Source of the DNA: Nitrosopumilaceae archaeon
GTDB taxonomy: Archaea; Thermoproteota; Nitrososphaeria; Nitrososphaerales; Nitrosopumilaceae
Length of the DNA stretch: 64,000 nucleotides
Assembly: GCA_965208905.1 (NCBI GenBank)
Contig: OZ242365.1
Span: 448,001-512,000, forward strand
Direction: 5' to 3'
The translations under genes were made by a program, and so were the position numbers. The first letter of the stretch is position 1; every line of letters begins with the position of its first letter. A model generated the notes under the pieces. It did no database searches. It was not told the DNA's origin and saw only the letters and a program-made list of their open reading frames with translations. Shown here piece after piece: positions 52,335 to 62,870 of this stretch.

Positions 52335-54235
52335 TGGAGTTTTGCTTTGGTGATGCAGGTGTTCGGGTGGGTTTGGAGATACACCAACAACTAGACACCG
52401 GTCGAAAGCTCTTTTGTAGTTGTAGTGGCACGGCTCCACCTGGCAAGATGCAACAATTCACACGTAAACTTCGGCCTGTAAAGAGTGAGATGGGCAGGTA
52501 TGATCCAGCTGCGATCTTTGAAGGTAATAGAGACATGGAGATACTGTATCATGCAGATGCCAACAACAGTTGTCTAGTAGAGTGTGATGAGGAGCCGCCA
52601 CATGCGGTGGATACCAACTCCAAAGAGATATCACTGGTGGTGTCTGCCGCACTAAAGTCTACAATATATGAGGAAGTATACACCATGCGCAAGACTGTAA
52701 TAGATGGCTCCAACACCAGTGGTTTTCAGAGAACCATGCTGGTCTCTAGAGGCGGCGCTCTGAATGTAGGGGATATGTCAGTGGGCGTACAGTCGATCTG
52801 CCTTGAGGAAGACTCGGCGCGTGTACTTGGTGAAAGAGATGGCATAAAGGAGTATAATCTAGATAGACTAGGTATTCCACTGATAGAGATAGCACTAGAA
52901 CCCATATCTGGCACACCACGTCAGGTTCGTGTAGCCGCTGAAGGTTTAGGGCGATTACTACGGGGAATAAAGATGGTTGCCCGGGGCATAGGGACAATAC
53001 GTCAGGATGTCAACATATCCGTAAAAGATGGCATGGGGGTTGTAGAAATAAAAGGTTTGCAGCAGTTGGATCAATTGGAACATGTAGTGGAGTATGAGGC
53101 CCGTCGTCAGGCCGGATTGGTCCACATAGCTAAAATGTTAGGCGAGCGGGATATTAAAAGAATAACAGATAATGATATATTTGATATAACAAGTATTGCA
53201 AAAAAATATCAGTCTAAAATCATACAAAAGGCGATAAAACAGGGTCACACAATATCATGTATACGCATACGTAATTTTGCAGGTATTTTGGGATATGAGC
53301 CATACGAGGAGATACGTCTAGGTCGTGAGATAGGACAGTTGGTAAAATATTATGGTGTGGGGGGAATATTCCATACTGATGAGTTACCCAACTATGGTAT
53401 TACAGGGGAAGATGTCAAATTATTGTACAAACATATGGACATGACTACACAGGATGCATTTATCATGGTGGCAGCACCTGCCAAAAAGATGGCCCATGTT
53501 TTGGATTTTATATCGGATAGGATACATACAGCAACCAAAGGAGTCCCGTCTGAGACCAGACTTGCTGTGCCACACGGAAAGACGGTATTTCTGCGGCCTC
53601 GTCCTGGCTCATCGCGCATGTATCCAGAGACCGATATTCCGCCAATTATCATATCACAGGATGACATAATTAAAGCAGAAAAAAATATTCCAGAACCGTG
53701 GGAGCGCATACTGTCAGATACCGCCTCAAAATATCAGATAAACATACAACTGGCAGAACAGTTACTGGACTCGGATTATATGGATGTATTTACTGATATA
53801 ATAAAAGATACAGGCGTCTCACCTGTATTTGTGGCATCCACACTCTGCTCTACAATTACCGAATTAAGCCGAGAAGGACTAAATCCCAAATTATTAAATA
53901 ATAATATAATACTGGAGACGTTCAAACTGCTGCATTCTGGTACAATATCCAAAGAGTCTATTTTAATAATATTTCGTGATATTATGGCGGGTAACTCTAC
54001 TGATGTGCATACAGCAATTCAAAATACAGACACATCTTCACTGTCCGATACTGAAATAAATAATACTTTACAACGTATAATAGACGAAAATTCCTCCCTT
54101 ATACAGAACCAAAGGGAGCGCGCAATACGACCATTAATGGGAATGGCCATGTCAAAACTACGGGGTAAGGCATCTGGTCAAAAGATAAACAGCACACTAG
54201 TAAAGATGCTCAATGATATTATACATGATATCTAA
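52334..54235 (+). CDS. gatE: Glu-tRNA(Gln) amidotransferase subunit E
   Basis: GLEIHQQL, RKTVIDGSNTSGFQRT, LDRLGIPLIEI, RPRPGSSRMYPETD. Confidence 0.95.
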   Translation: MEFCFGDAGVRVGLEIHQQLDTGRKLFCSCSGTAPPGKMQQFTRKLRPVKSEMGRYDPAAIFEGNRDMEILYHADANNSCLVECDEEPPHAVDTNSKEISLVVSAALKSTIYEEVYTMRKTVIDGSNTSGFQRTMLVSRGGALNVGDMSVGVQSICLEEDSARVLGERDGIKEYNLDRLGIPLIEIALEPISGTPRQVRVAAEGLGRLLRGIKMVARGIGTIRQDVNISVKDGMGVVEIKGLQQLDQLEHVVEYEARRQAGLVHIAKMLGERDIKRITDNDIFDITSIAKKYQSKIIQKAIKQGHTISCIRIRNFAGILGYEPYEEIRLGREIGQLVKYYGVGGIFHTDELPNYGITGEDVKLLYKHMDMTTQDAFIMVAAPAKKMAHVLDFISDRIHTATKGVPSETRLAVPHGKTVFLRPRPGSSRMYPETDIPPIIISQDDIIKAEKNIPEPWERILSDTASKYQINIQLAEQLLDSDYMDVFTDIIKDTGVSPVFVASTLCSTITELSREGLNPKLLNNNIILETFKLLHSGTISKESILIIFRDIMAGNSTDVHTAIQNTDTSSLSDTEINNTLQRIIDENSSLIQNQRERAIRPLMGMAMSKLRGKASGQKINSTLVKMLNDIIHDI

Positions 54236-54574
54236 TCATGAAATATTATTATAATCTTCATCAAATGTACTTACGACCCTCTACATTAAAGAGTATACAT
54301 AATGTGTAGGTTTAATTAATTTACAAAATAATTATACAAAATTACTCTATATATGACATACACATGTGATATAGACTAAAGCATAATTATGTACAAATTT
54401 TGTTATTGTCATCTTGGCACTGTATTGGCATTAAAATTCATCAATAATACAATACGTCAGGGATGATTTTGAGTGTGTTTTTTTGTGATTAAAATTACAC
54501 ATAACGGTCACAATAGTAGAGTCGAAAAAGTCACAATATACAATTACATTTGTGTATAATGGAGATAATTGAAT

Positions 54575-56239
54575 TTACATTACAGCTTGTGATGCCTGGT
54601 GGAACATCTGAGACTTGGCACATCCTGCAGCCAACTCGTCTCCAGCGCCACGTCTCATAAGGCCACGGTACAGGCCGTCTTCTAGTTTTACGCCTTCACG
54701 CTCTTCCCACTCTTCGACAGTGATAGAGTACTTTTTCTGTATGCGGTCTCTGTACCATTCGGGTATCACATTAAATGCGCAGAATGGTATTATACGTAAA
54801 TCTGGTGTCAAGTAATGAATGTCACATCTTTGTAGTCGTTCCAAATCCTCGTTGTACTTGTCCTGAAAGTGCATCATACCCAAGAATAGTCCCTTTACGT
54901 GCCATGAGCCCACTGAATCAAATGAGCGCTTCATCAGTATATTGGTAAACATCTTTGCCAAGTCTAAGCCTGCAGGTTGTTTCTTGGTGTCTACAAATGA
55001 CTTTAGTTTGCGGACCACCTCTAACATGGTATAGTACTTGTTCTTGCCAGAGCGAATCTCCTCTGACTTGTCTTCGAATAGTTCTAGCATGCCCTGTATG
55101 TCACAGAATTTTGTAATGGGAACAAACTTCTTTGTGTCTTGGTCCTCAAAGACGTATGTTCCGGCACCACATGCAAAGTGTATTGAGAGTTCATACTTTG
55201 GCTTGCTGGAGAACGCCTCTATTACGTTGGTAAGAGGCATGCAAGATGGCACTGGGAACCAATCATCTATGGTTACCTCACCATTTGTCTGCTCTTCAAT
55301 ACGCTGAATACAATCAGGAATGGTAATACGATACTTCTCTCTTTCTTGCTTGCCCATTCGGCCAGTTAGAGAGACAGGTTGAAAGTTTACTGCATGTACA
55401 ACGTCCATGTTCTTTTGGGCGTATCGTATAATGCCGCCTAGTTCATGATCGTTGATTGATTTTATTACTGTGGGAACAAACACAACTGTAGTTCCTGTCT
55501 TACGACAACTATCCAGTGCATATGGAATCTCCCAGTGGTTCTTTGGGTTTGTACGGGGTGTTACACCATCAAAACTCAAATACAGATTATTGCAGCCTGC
55601 AAGTCTGACCTCTCGGGCAGCTTCTGGGTCCATGGCGTGTCGTATTCCGTTGGTGTTCATTTGTATGTGATCTACACCCTCTTCTTTCATGATTTTAATG
55701 ACATCTGTAATGTCTTCTCTAAGCATGGGTTCGCCGCCCGTTATTTGTATGGAGTTACCGGCAATGGGCCTCTCTGCCTTTAATGTCTTCATCATTGCCC
55801 GTACTTGGTCGTGCTCTGGTTCGTACATGTAAGCACCCTCTAATCCTTTCTTGACGTAAAAGAAGCAATACCAGCATGTCAAGTCACATCTATTTGTAAC
55901 AATCATGTTGGCCAGACCACTATGTGAGAGGTGGTTGGAGCATAAGCCACAATTGTTTGGACAAGCGCACTTTTCAATCATTACATTGGGCGCATGTGCA
56001 CCCTTGCCATCCATCCAATACGTAGAGAACTTGTTATACATCTCATATGACCCAAAATACAGCTCTTCGCATTCACCATGACTGGGGCATGTCTTTGTCA
56101 TGTAGACGCGACCATCCCTTTCAAAGATCTCGGCATCAAGTATCATGTTACAGTCTGGACAAATGCTCTGTGTAAACCGAATAGTTGACTTCTTTGCCAG
56201 ATTCTTTACACTTTGATTGGATATCTGTATTAGAGACAT
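54575..56239 (-). CDS. tes: Tetraether (GDGT) lipid synthase, radical SAM, MJ0619-like
   Basis: N-terminal CPDC...KTCPSHG, CPNNCGLCSNH, radical SAM motif CDLTCWYC, C-terminal RCDIHY...PFC. Confidence 0.85.
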   Translation of the reverse strand: MSLIQISNQSVKNLAKKSTIRFTQSICPDCNMILDAEIFERDGRVYMTKTCPSHGECEELYFGSYEMYNKFSTYWMDGKGAHAPNVMIEKCACPNNCGLCSNHLSHSGLANMIVTNRCDLTCWYCFFYVKKGLEGAYMYEPEHDQVRAMMKTLKAERPIAGNSIQITGGEPMLREDITDVIKIMKEEGVDHIQMNTNGIRHAMDPEAAREVRLAGCNNLYLSFDGVTPRTNPKNHWEIPYALDSCRKTGTTVVFVPTVIKSINDHELGGIIRYAQKNMDVVHAVNFQPVSLTGRMGKQEREKYRITIPDCIQRIEEQTNGEVTIDDWFPVPSCMPLTNVIEAFSSKPKYELSIHFACGAGTYVFEDQDTKKFVPITKFCDIQGMLELFEDKSEEIRSGKNKYYTMLEVVRKLKSFVDTKKQPAGLDLAKMFTNILMKRSFDSVGSWHVKGLFLGMMHFQDKYNEDLERLQRCDIHYLTPDLRIIPFCAFNVIPEWYRDRIQKKYSITVEEWEEREGVKLEDGLYRGLMRRGAGDELAAGCAKSQMFHQASQAVM

Positions 56240-56302
56240 TAATCAAATAACATGTTGATTTGATATATAAGAAATATCCAACTTATAACACTCTGAAAAG
56301 TG

Positions 56303-56316
56303 GGTTCTGTCGCAAA
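56303..56316 (+). mobile_element. Orphan IS6-like terminal repeat
   Basis: ggttctgtcgcaaa, one mismatch to the IS257/IS1216 end GGTTCTGTTGCAAA. Confidence 0.55.
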
Positions 56317-56519
56317 CGCCGTTGATGTGACATCATACACATCACCCTAAAGTTGAACTACACGTACCCTTACAGACACCACACCTTTGACTTTGGTCCA
56401 TGTTTGACGCTTTGCAGGATGTCCACCGATGACCGTACGGCTAACCATACGGTCAGTGGTGAGGCCACCCTCCACGTCCTGCTGCCCAATATCTGTGGCC
56501 GTGCCGATATAATCTGGCA

Positions 56520-56825
56520 ATGTCTATAAACTCTTGATAAAACGTCGCGGTAGGCCGAGCTCCTTTCGACCTCGTTTTCGATATTGCGTTCCGCGTTGAT
56601 ATCTGCATGATGAATGAATCCGCATGAGATGCATCAGAATAGTCTACCACACCGACTATTCTAGTCTATATTGCAGACACAACGAACACATCTGGCTCGT
56701 GTATACCGGGTTGACACGTATCACCCCCACCCACCAACATGTATAAAGTATGGCGGCAAGCATACCCCAGCCCTGGTTCAGGATAGACTTGTTCAAGCCG
56801 CGCCTTTGCGCGACGTTTGTACCAG
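56520..56825 (-). pseudogene. tnpB: Degenerate tnpB 3' fragment
   Basis: Hand translation GTNVAQRRGLNKSILNQGWG...VNPVYTSQMCSLC, frameshift, then LF*CISCGFIHHADINAERNI. Confidence 0.85.
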
Positions 56826-56868
56826 CCCAGTGACATCATAATACTGAATAGCAAACTCACCAATGAGT

Positions 56869-56902
56869 ATACAGAGTTCTATAAACTATGTATATAATTC
56901 CC
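56869..56902 (-). mobile_element. GGGAATT-type transposon end on the 5' side of the tnpB remnant
   Basis: Reverse complement gggaattatatacatagtttatagaactctgtat; first 14 bp identical to the TIR at 8071. Confidence 0.75.
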
Positions 56903-56930
56903 CCTTAAATATACAATATACGATATCATC

Positions 56931-57707
56931 ATGTTGAGCTTTTCAGATAAGACTTACAAAGCATTAAGCCAGGTGGGGTTGACCGACTCGGAGATTCGAG
57001 CGTATGCCGCACTGCTAAAGATAAAAGAGCCTACAGCTTCGGAGCTCAGTAAAAGTGCAAATATTCCATACTCAAAAGTGTACGATGTCCTATCATCACT
57101 GGAAGAGAAGGGGTGGGTGAGCTCCAACAATACCCGACCCACCAGATATATTGCCAAATCTCCATCTACTGGACTTGATACTACAAGACAGAGAAATGAT
57201 GATCGTTTTACCAAACAGCAGGCCATAATACTAAACGAGATAGGGCCACTGTATGAGTCCAGTGACTCCAGCGAGAAGCCAGATATACTGGTGTTGTCCG
57301 GTAGCGCAATTGAGGCCAAGATGTTAGAGGTGGCTCACTCATGTAGGCGCGAGGTTATGATTGCCATACCAGAGACAGGTCAAATGTTAGTACCTCGGGC
57401 CATGCCACGCCTCCAGGCGCTACATGACCGCGGAGTCAACATACGTGTTCTGGCACCTCAAAGTATGAATACAGAGTTTTTAAAGTCATTATCGCGTGTA
57501 TCAACCACAGTCAGGATAAAAAAAGATCTCTTTGGGGGCGGCATAATTTCGGATAATCAATACGTCATGATACTATTGGCGCCTGAACATGTGGGTGCAG
57601 AGGTATCAGATACTGTGGCCATCTGGGCGGATCATGCTGGACTGGCCAAGTTTGCCACCATGTACTTTGAATACTTATTTGAAGGCTCAGAGGCTATACA
57701 ATTATGA
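56931..57707 (+). CDS. TrmB-family transcriptional regulator
   Basis: GLTDSEIRAY..L, IPYSKVYDVLSSLEEKGWV...PTRY. Confidence 0.9.
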   Translation: MLSFSDKTYKALSQVGLTDSEIRAYAALLKIKEPTASELSKSANIPYSKVYDVLSSLEEKGWVSSNNTRPTRYIAKSPSTGLDTTRQRNDDRFTKQQAIILNEIGPLYESSDSSEKPDILVLSGSAIEAKMLEVAHSCRREVMIAIPETGQMLVPRAMPRLQALHDRGVNIRVLAPQSMNTEFLKSLSRVSTTVRIKKDLFGGGIISDNQYVMILLAPEHVGAEVSDTVAIWADHAGLAKFATMYFEYLFEGSEAIQL

Positions 57708-58141
57708 CTGATGAGAAGTTATTTGTCGGGACTGCAGAGGCCGAACATGTGGAGATGTACATCAAAGCCATTTGGCACATAACGGAGGCCGGTGAGGAGG
57801 TCAAAGTCAACAGTATTGCCAAAAAACTGAACGTTCGGCAACCAAGTGTTGTTCAGATGCTAAAGAAGTTAAAGGGCATGAATCTAGTTAACTACTCCAA
57901 GGTAGGCGTCAGCCTGACAGATGAGGGCAAAAAAATAGGCTCCAAGATGGTCAGAAATAGCCGTCTCTTGGAGGTGTTGATGGATAGCGCTTTGCGTATC
58001 GATATTGACGAGGAGATGGTGTGTGGTGTTGAACACCACATGAAGGCACAATTCACTGATGCCCTATGTACACTATTAAAACATCCTCGAGTGAGTCCGC
58101 ACGGAAAGATGATACCTCCGGGCAAGTGCTGCCCCAAATAA
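57704..58141 (+). CDS. DtxR/MntR-family metal-dependent repressor
   Basis: EMYIKAIW, IAKKLNVRQPSVVQMLKKL, CGVEHH, SPHGKMIP. Confidence 0.9.
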   Translation: MTDEKLFVGTAEAEHVEMYIKAIWHITEAGEEVKVNSIAKKLNVRQPSVVQMLKKLKGMNLVNYSKVGVSLTDEGKKIGSKMVRNSRLLEVLMDSALRIDIDEEMVCGVEHHMKAQFTDALCTLLKHPRVSPHGKMIPPGKCCPK

Positions 58142-58635
58142 ATCGCAGGCTGGCCCACAAGGGTATATCATTAAGGATGTCATCAGGTTGTACTTGATGT
58201 TGTACTTGAGAGTTAATGCAAGAGTCCTCCAGACTTTTAGCATTGGTGCCCAGGAATTTTAACTGCAACATCCCAGATGGAGTGCAGCCTAAAACATAGA
58301 AAAGGTATAATGGGGAGTTATCGACATTATACAACATGGCCTGCTTTTGTGGATGTGACAAATACGTAAAGAATCCAGATGGTTACAGACTTGCCTGTGT
58401 TAATTGTGGTCATGGTCCCCAAAACCATGAAGATGAGTTCCGCATGTCTGCCCGAAAGAATGAGTCTGGTAGCCAAAAACGCGATGTCGATTTTGGCTGA
58501 TGGAGAATCATCCACAAATGTGGGAGGGCTCTGTACTCAAGATCCACATCATCACATCAGTGGGTAGCGTCATCATTGCCCGGTATACACTACACACAAT
58601 AAGCTTGATAAATGGCGCTCTGATATTTCTCAGAA

Positions 58636-59055
58636 ATGGTTGAAGTAGATGTGTCGTGTAGTTTGGAAAGTTTTAGGAGATTTGCCTTTGCCAGTACTTG
58701 TAGATCTTTTGCACCCAGAGTATACTTGAAAGATCCTCAAGTGTTTCCCGAGCGGGATGTGGGCGGCGTCATATACGTTGAGGCAGTGGACAAGGTCACC
58801 TTAAAGAAGATACGTACAATAACATTTGTGAACGTAGTGGATGTGTTAGGCGTCATATACAACTCAAATAGTGGCAGTACATCCATCAAATGGCGACAGA
58901 CTAAAGACTCTACGGGTCGAGCTACAGGGGAGGCATCTACCAACTCACTCAAACATTTGGCCGAGTCTGGCGTCTTGTCCATAGCAGAAGTAGAGACCTA
59001 CGTGGAGAAGTTGGCACAGGCCAAAAACCAGAGAGATGAAGACGCGCAAGATTGA
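58636..59055 (+). CDS. Hypothetical protein
   Basis: 139-aa ORF overlapping the pelota start. Confidence 0.65.
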   Translation: MVEVDVSCSLESFRRFAFASTCRSFAPRVYLKDPQVFPERDVGGVIYVEAVDKVTLKKIRTITFVNVVDVLGVIYNSNSGSTSIKWRQTKDSTGRATGEASTNSLKHLAESGVLSIAEVETYVEKLAQAKNQRDEDAQD

Positions 59056-60061
59056 CGCGGACTCAGTAGCGGTTGTTCCTCAAGATGCACATGATATAAT
59101 GATCCTACGCCGAATAATAAGCAAGGGGGACCACATATCTGGCCATACACATTGGGTACTAAAACAAGATCGTGAATACTCTCGTCCCGACAAGGGTGAG
59201 CGTATCAAAGTTATGATGTCCATACATGTAGAGAGGCTATCCTTGGATGATACATTAGATCGACTTAGGATACACGGCCTTGTACATGAGTCTGATAATG
59301 AACACATACCACATGGCACTCACCATTCGTTGTTGGTAAGTATTGGTGATGCCATACGCATAACAAAAAAGATGTGGACACGTACGCACAGAGAGATGCT
59401 AAAGCCGTTGAATCGAGAGGGCTTTGTGTTGGTGGCGATCGATCGGACAGAGTGTGGAGTGGCTAGGTTGTATGGGACACATATACAACATACAGCCAAT
59501 ATAAGATCAGGATTTGGTGGTAAACAGTACCGGACCACATCTGATACCAAGCGATACTTTGGCGATATAGTACAAGCCATCAACACAGTATATCAAAAGG
59601 ATGATAGGGTGATACTGCTGGGACCTGGCCAAACAAAGAACCAGCTCTCCACATATATGAAAATCACCACAGTAATAATCGAGGGAGTTGATACTGGAGG
59701 TGCGGATGGCATACACCTATTCGCCAGATCAGAGTCCTTTAAAGATACGATGGCCGAGTCGCAACTAGTTCAGGCATTAAACATTCTAGATGAAGTGATG
59801 GTCATGGCCGGGCGGAGTAGCCGCCGCTTTACCACCGGTTTTAAGGAGACTGCTGCTGCGGTTAAACTGGGAGCCGTCAAGTCTTTGGCTTACTCCAATG
59901 GCATATTTGGCTCTGTGGATGAGGACTCGGTGGTGTCGCTCTTGAATGAGGCCGAACAGTCTGGCGTCCGGATATATGGTGTGGATTCCAGTACTGATGT
60001 GGGGTTGCGCATAAGCAACTTGGGCGGGGTCATCTCCATACTACGATATGCATTAAATTAA
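59036..60061 (+). CDS. pelA: Pelota ribosome rescue factor
   Basis: DRLRIHG, GTHHSL, GFGGKQY, LGGVISILRY. Confidence 0.9.
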   Translation: MKTRKIDADSVAVVPQDAHDIMILRRIISKGDHISGHTHWVLKQDREYSRPDKGERIKVMMSIHVERLSLDDTLDRLRIHGLVHESDNEHIPHGTHHSLLVSIGDAIRITKKMWTRTHREMLKPLNREGFVLVAIDRTECGVARLYGTHIQHTANIRSGFGGKQYRTTSDTKRYFGDIVQAINTVYQKDDRVILLGPGQTKNQLSTYMKITTVIIEGVDTGGADGIHLFARSESFKDTMAESQLVQALNILDEVMVMAGRSSRRFTTGFKETAAAVKLGAVKSLAYSNGIFGSVDEDSVVSLLNEAEQSGVRIYGVDSSTDVGLRISNLGGVISILRYALN

Positions 60062-60387
60062 CGCGTCACATCAAGGAGCCATTCTGTGTAAGAGTCATTC
60101 ACAGACTCGGCGGGTATCTGCAGTATTTCAGGGGTCTCATATGGGTGATGTCTTTTTATATACTGTACCAAGTGGTCAACGCTCTCTGTGGTGGTTTTGT
60201 ATAGTACCATAAACTCTTGTGTATCCTCAACGTCTCCCTTCCACATGTATATGGATGAGACCTGCGTCACACTGGCACAGGCGGCCAGCTTCTCTTGTAT
60301 TATATCTGTAGAGATACTCTTGGCGGCACCCATATCAGAGAATGTGGATATCACTATAACCATATTGGCTCTGTTCTTTGCTGCCAT
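60058..60387 (-). CDS. cutA: CutA divalent-cation tolerance protein
   Basis: EKLAAC, SIYMWKG, HHPYETPEI. Confidence 0.92.
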   Translation of the reverse strand: MAAKNRANMVIVISTFSDMGAAKSISTDIIQEKLAACASVTQVSSIYMWKGDVEDTQEFMVLYKTTTESVDHLVQYIKRHHPYETPEILQIPAESVNDSYTEWLLDVTR

Positions 60388-60463
60388 TCTGTGTTAAATT
60401 GTCTCATCCCATATATTTACATGGAAACTGATAAATGGCCTTTCATTAAAAATTCTACATATT

Positions 60464-61666
60464 GTGGAACTAGACTTTATCACCGAAAATGCCATCATAT
60501 ACGTACTGTTAGCCTGGGTCGTCATATTGGGGGCGGCAAAAGCGCTCAAACTGGAGAACCGGGGTGTGGAGTTGAAATTTTATAGCTTGGTATACAAAAA
60601 TAAAGGCATACAAGATGTCTTAGTTCGCATGTTGGCTAGGACCCGACGGGGCATAAGCGTCTTTGCCAACGTCAGTGTGGTGGCTGGCTTTCTAATGATG
60701 GGATTTGCCTTTTGGTTTTTGCTGAATAATGTAGCAAACTTCTTTGTTCAGCCTCAAAGTTTTGCCGAACTTACCGTATTGATACCTGGAGTCACGCTGA
60801 CCTCCTCGCACTCTATAATGTACTTTTTGCTCTCCATACCCATAGTGTTGGTGATGCATGAAGGTGCCCACGGCATAGTGGCGGCTCTGGAAAAAATAAG
60901 AATAAAGACTGGGGGTTTTGCCATCTTTATAGCAATGTTTGCTGGTTTTGTTGAGCCAGATGAGGATGAGTTCAACAAGGCCAAAAAGATATCCCGCTTA
61001 CGGGTTATAGGTGCGGGTGCCACATCAAATGTCATATTTGCACTGGCTTTAGGGCTCATACTACTCACAAATCCTCTGTTTGCTTTGGTGATGCCCGAGC
61101 CGCTCCTGGGTGTCTTCTATGAGACGCCTGATGGTGTCTTGGTGTTGTCAGTGATAGAGGGATCCGGGGCCGAGTTTGCTGGCATACAGGCAAATGATCT
61201 CATTACGCATGTGAATGGAGTGAGGACGTTCACCGTCATCGACTTTGCCACGTTGAATTTGGCGCCCGGAGATATCGTGCCCGTATCTGTTCTTCGAGAT
61301 GACCAGCCTATGGACTTTGTAGTCGAAATAATGGAGTCGCCAGATGAGCCGGGTCGCGGCCTGATTGGAATTATGCGGGATACAGCACTCTCATACAAAC
61401 CTGTCCTGAACTTTATCACATGGGATAATCATCAACTTTCGATGTTCTTGTTGTGGCTTTGGATGATATCCTTCTTTATTGGCATAATCAATATGCTACC
61501 GCTTCCCATACTAGATGGTGGAAAGTTTATTCATACCATAATTGAAGGACGAATCTCTGAGCAGGCGGTAACAGGAGTCATGTATGGCGTGTACATATTT
61601 ACATTCATACTCTTTGGACTAAATATAGCACTGTCATATCTCAAATCTGGCTGGTTCACCATATGA
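60464..61666 (+). CDS. Site-2 protease (M50) with PDZ domain
   Basis: HEGAH, NMLPLPILDGG, PDZ segment. Confidence 0.92.
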   Translation: MELDFITENAIIYVLLAWVVILGAAKALKLENRGVELKFYSLVYKNKGIQDVLVRMLARTRRGISVFANVSVVAGFLMMGFAFWFLLNNVANFFVQPQSFAELTVLIPGVTLTSSHSIMYFLLSIPIVLVMHEGAHGIVAALEKIRIKTGGFAIFIAMFAGFVEPDEDEFNKAKKISRLRVIGAGATSNVIFALALGLILLTNPLFALVMPEPLLGVFYETPDGVLVLSVIEGSGAEFAGIQANDLITHVNGVRTFTVIDFATLNLAPGDIVPVSVLRDDQPMDFVVEIMESPDEPGRGLIGIMRDTALSYKPVLNFITWDNHQLSMFLLWLWMISFFIGIINMLPLPILDGGKFIHTIIEGRISEQAVTGVMYGVYIFTFILFGLNIALSYLKSGWFTI

Positions 61667-62277
61667 TGTATAATGTACCAGCATGACAATTACTATACTG
61701 GCCGCATGTAAGGCACGGTCCAACTCTTTGGTGGCTTGAGATACATATGCTGTTTCCTGACTTTGTTGTTGGTTTTTTGTGTACCTTGCGCATTGCGATG
61801 CCTGCTGTTTCGCGTACCCCTATCTTTTCGATTGCTGCATTGTGTCTCTCCTTGATGGCCGCCTTTCGTGCAGTACACTCCTTAACTACCGCCTTTTCTG
61901 TTGTTGATTTCACGGCAGCGCGCCTCTCAGTATCGTTCTTCTTTATCTCCACTTTCTGCGCGCGCTCCAATCGCGCAATGTCGCGCCCCCATCTGGTTCG
62001 GGTTGTGCATTCTCGTCTCCACACCGGCTCTCTTGTTGCGGAAGGCGTCACTGGTATCTCGCAGCTGTCCAATATTTGGCAAGTGCAGCTAGCCGGCGTT
62101 ATGCTCTTCTGCAGGATTGGTACGTGTTGGTTTGTGGCGCCGGCCTACCAGTTCTCACTGCGGCGGGTCACATGCTGCCCTGCACTCTGGTGCGGTCCGA
62201 CCATATGGGTGGATGCGCCGTGTGACGCTGCCCCGTTCTTGCAAGAGAACACATAAAGTGAAACGGTTTCATAGTGC

Positions 62278-62625
62278 TTGGTTTCATTTGCAAATCAGGA
62301 GAGGGTGAGATTGAACAGCTACGATCCAATCAAAAAGAAGGTTGAATCCATGGAGCAAGTAACGGCTAGGCCTATGTTTGGCTATCAATGTTTTTTGATA
62401 AAAAGGAAGTTTTTTGTTGGGTTTAGTAGCAAGAATAACCAGCAGATCATCGTTAGGCTTCCTAAGGTCCAGCAGGAAGTTGCAATAAAATCAAATGCAA
62501 TCAAACCGTTCTCGCACGGCGCCAAGATGGGGTGGATTGAGATCGACCCAAAGCTGACTACGATCGCCGACGCCATGAAGTGGATTCTCATAGGATATGA
62601 CAATGCTGCCAAGCTAGCCAAATAG
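62278..62625 (+). CDS. TfoX N-terminal domain-like protein
   Basis: RPMFGYQCF....FFVG....IVRL...MGWIEI. Confidence 0.65.
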   Translation: MVSFANQERVRLNSYDPIKKKVESMEQVTARPMFGYQCFLIKRKFFVGFSSKNNQQIIVRLPKVQQEVAIKSNAIKPFSHGAKMGWIEIDPKLTTIADAMKWILIGYDNAAKLAK

Positions 62626-62870
62626 AAAGGAACTGTATCTCACTCATATTTCAAGTGTCGGGTGTAACTGATCGGGTAGTGTGCGGCACCAACGACTGGG
62701 CTATCCGGAGATCATATCGCTTAGACGAAACTAATAACGCGCGGCGAGACTACAGCAGGCTACATGAATCGCACGAAAAGATGAAGCAGAAGCTTACGGG
62801 CAGGCTTAAGTGTTGGATTCTCGGTAACAACACAAGGATGTAGCCAAGATTAAATTACACGTAACATCCT

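Noticed and set aside
18414-56902. A single 38.5-kb transposon
   Set aside because: The outer 8-bp flanks do not match and the interval contains essential genes (cdc48, gatDE, tes, tRNA-Lys).
58142-58635. Short ORFs between dtxR and the next gene
   Set aside because: No recognisable motif; possibly a decayed gene, but I cannot support a call.
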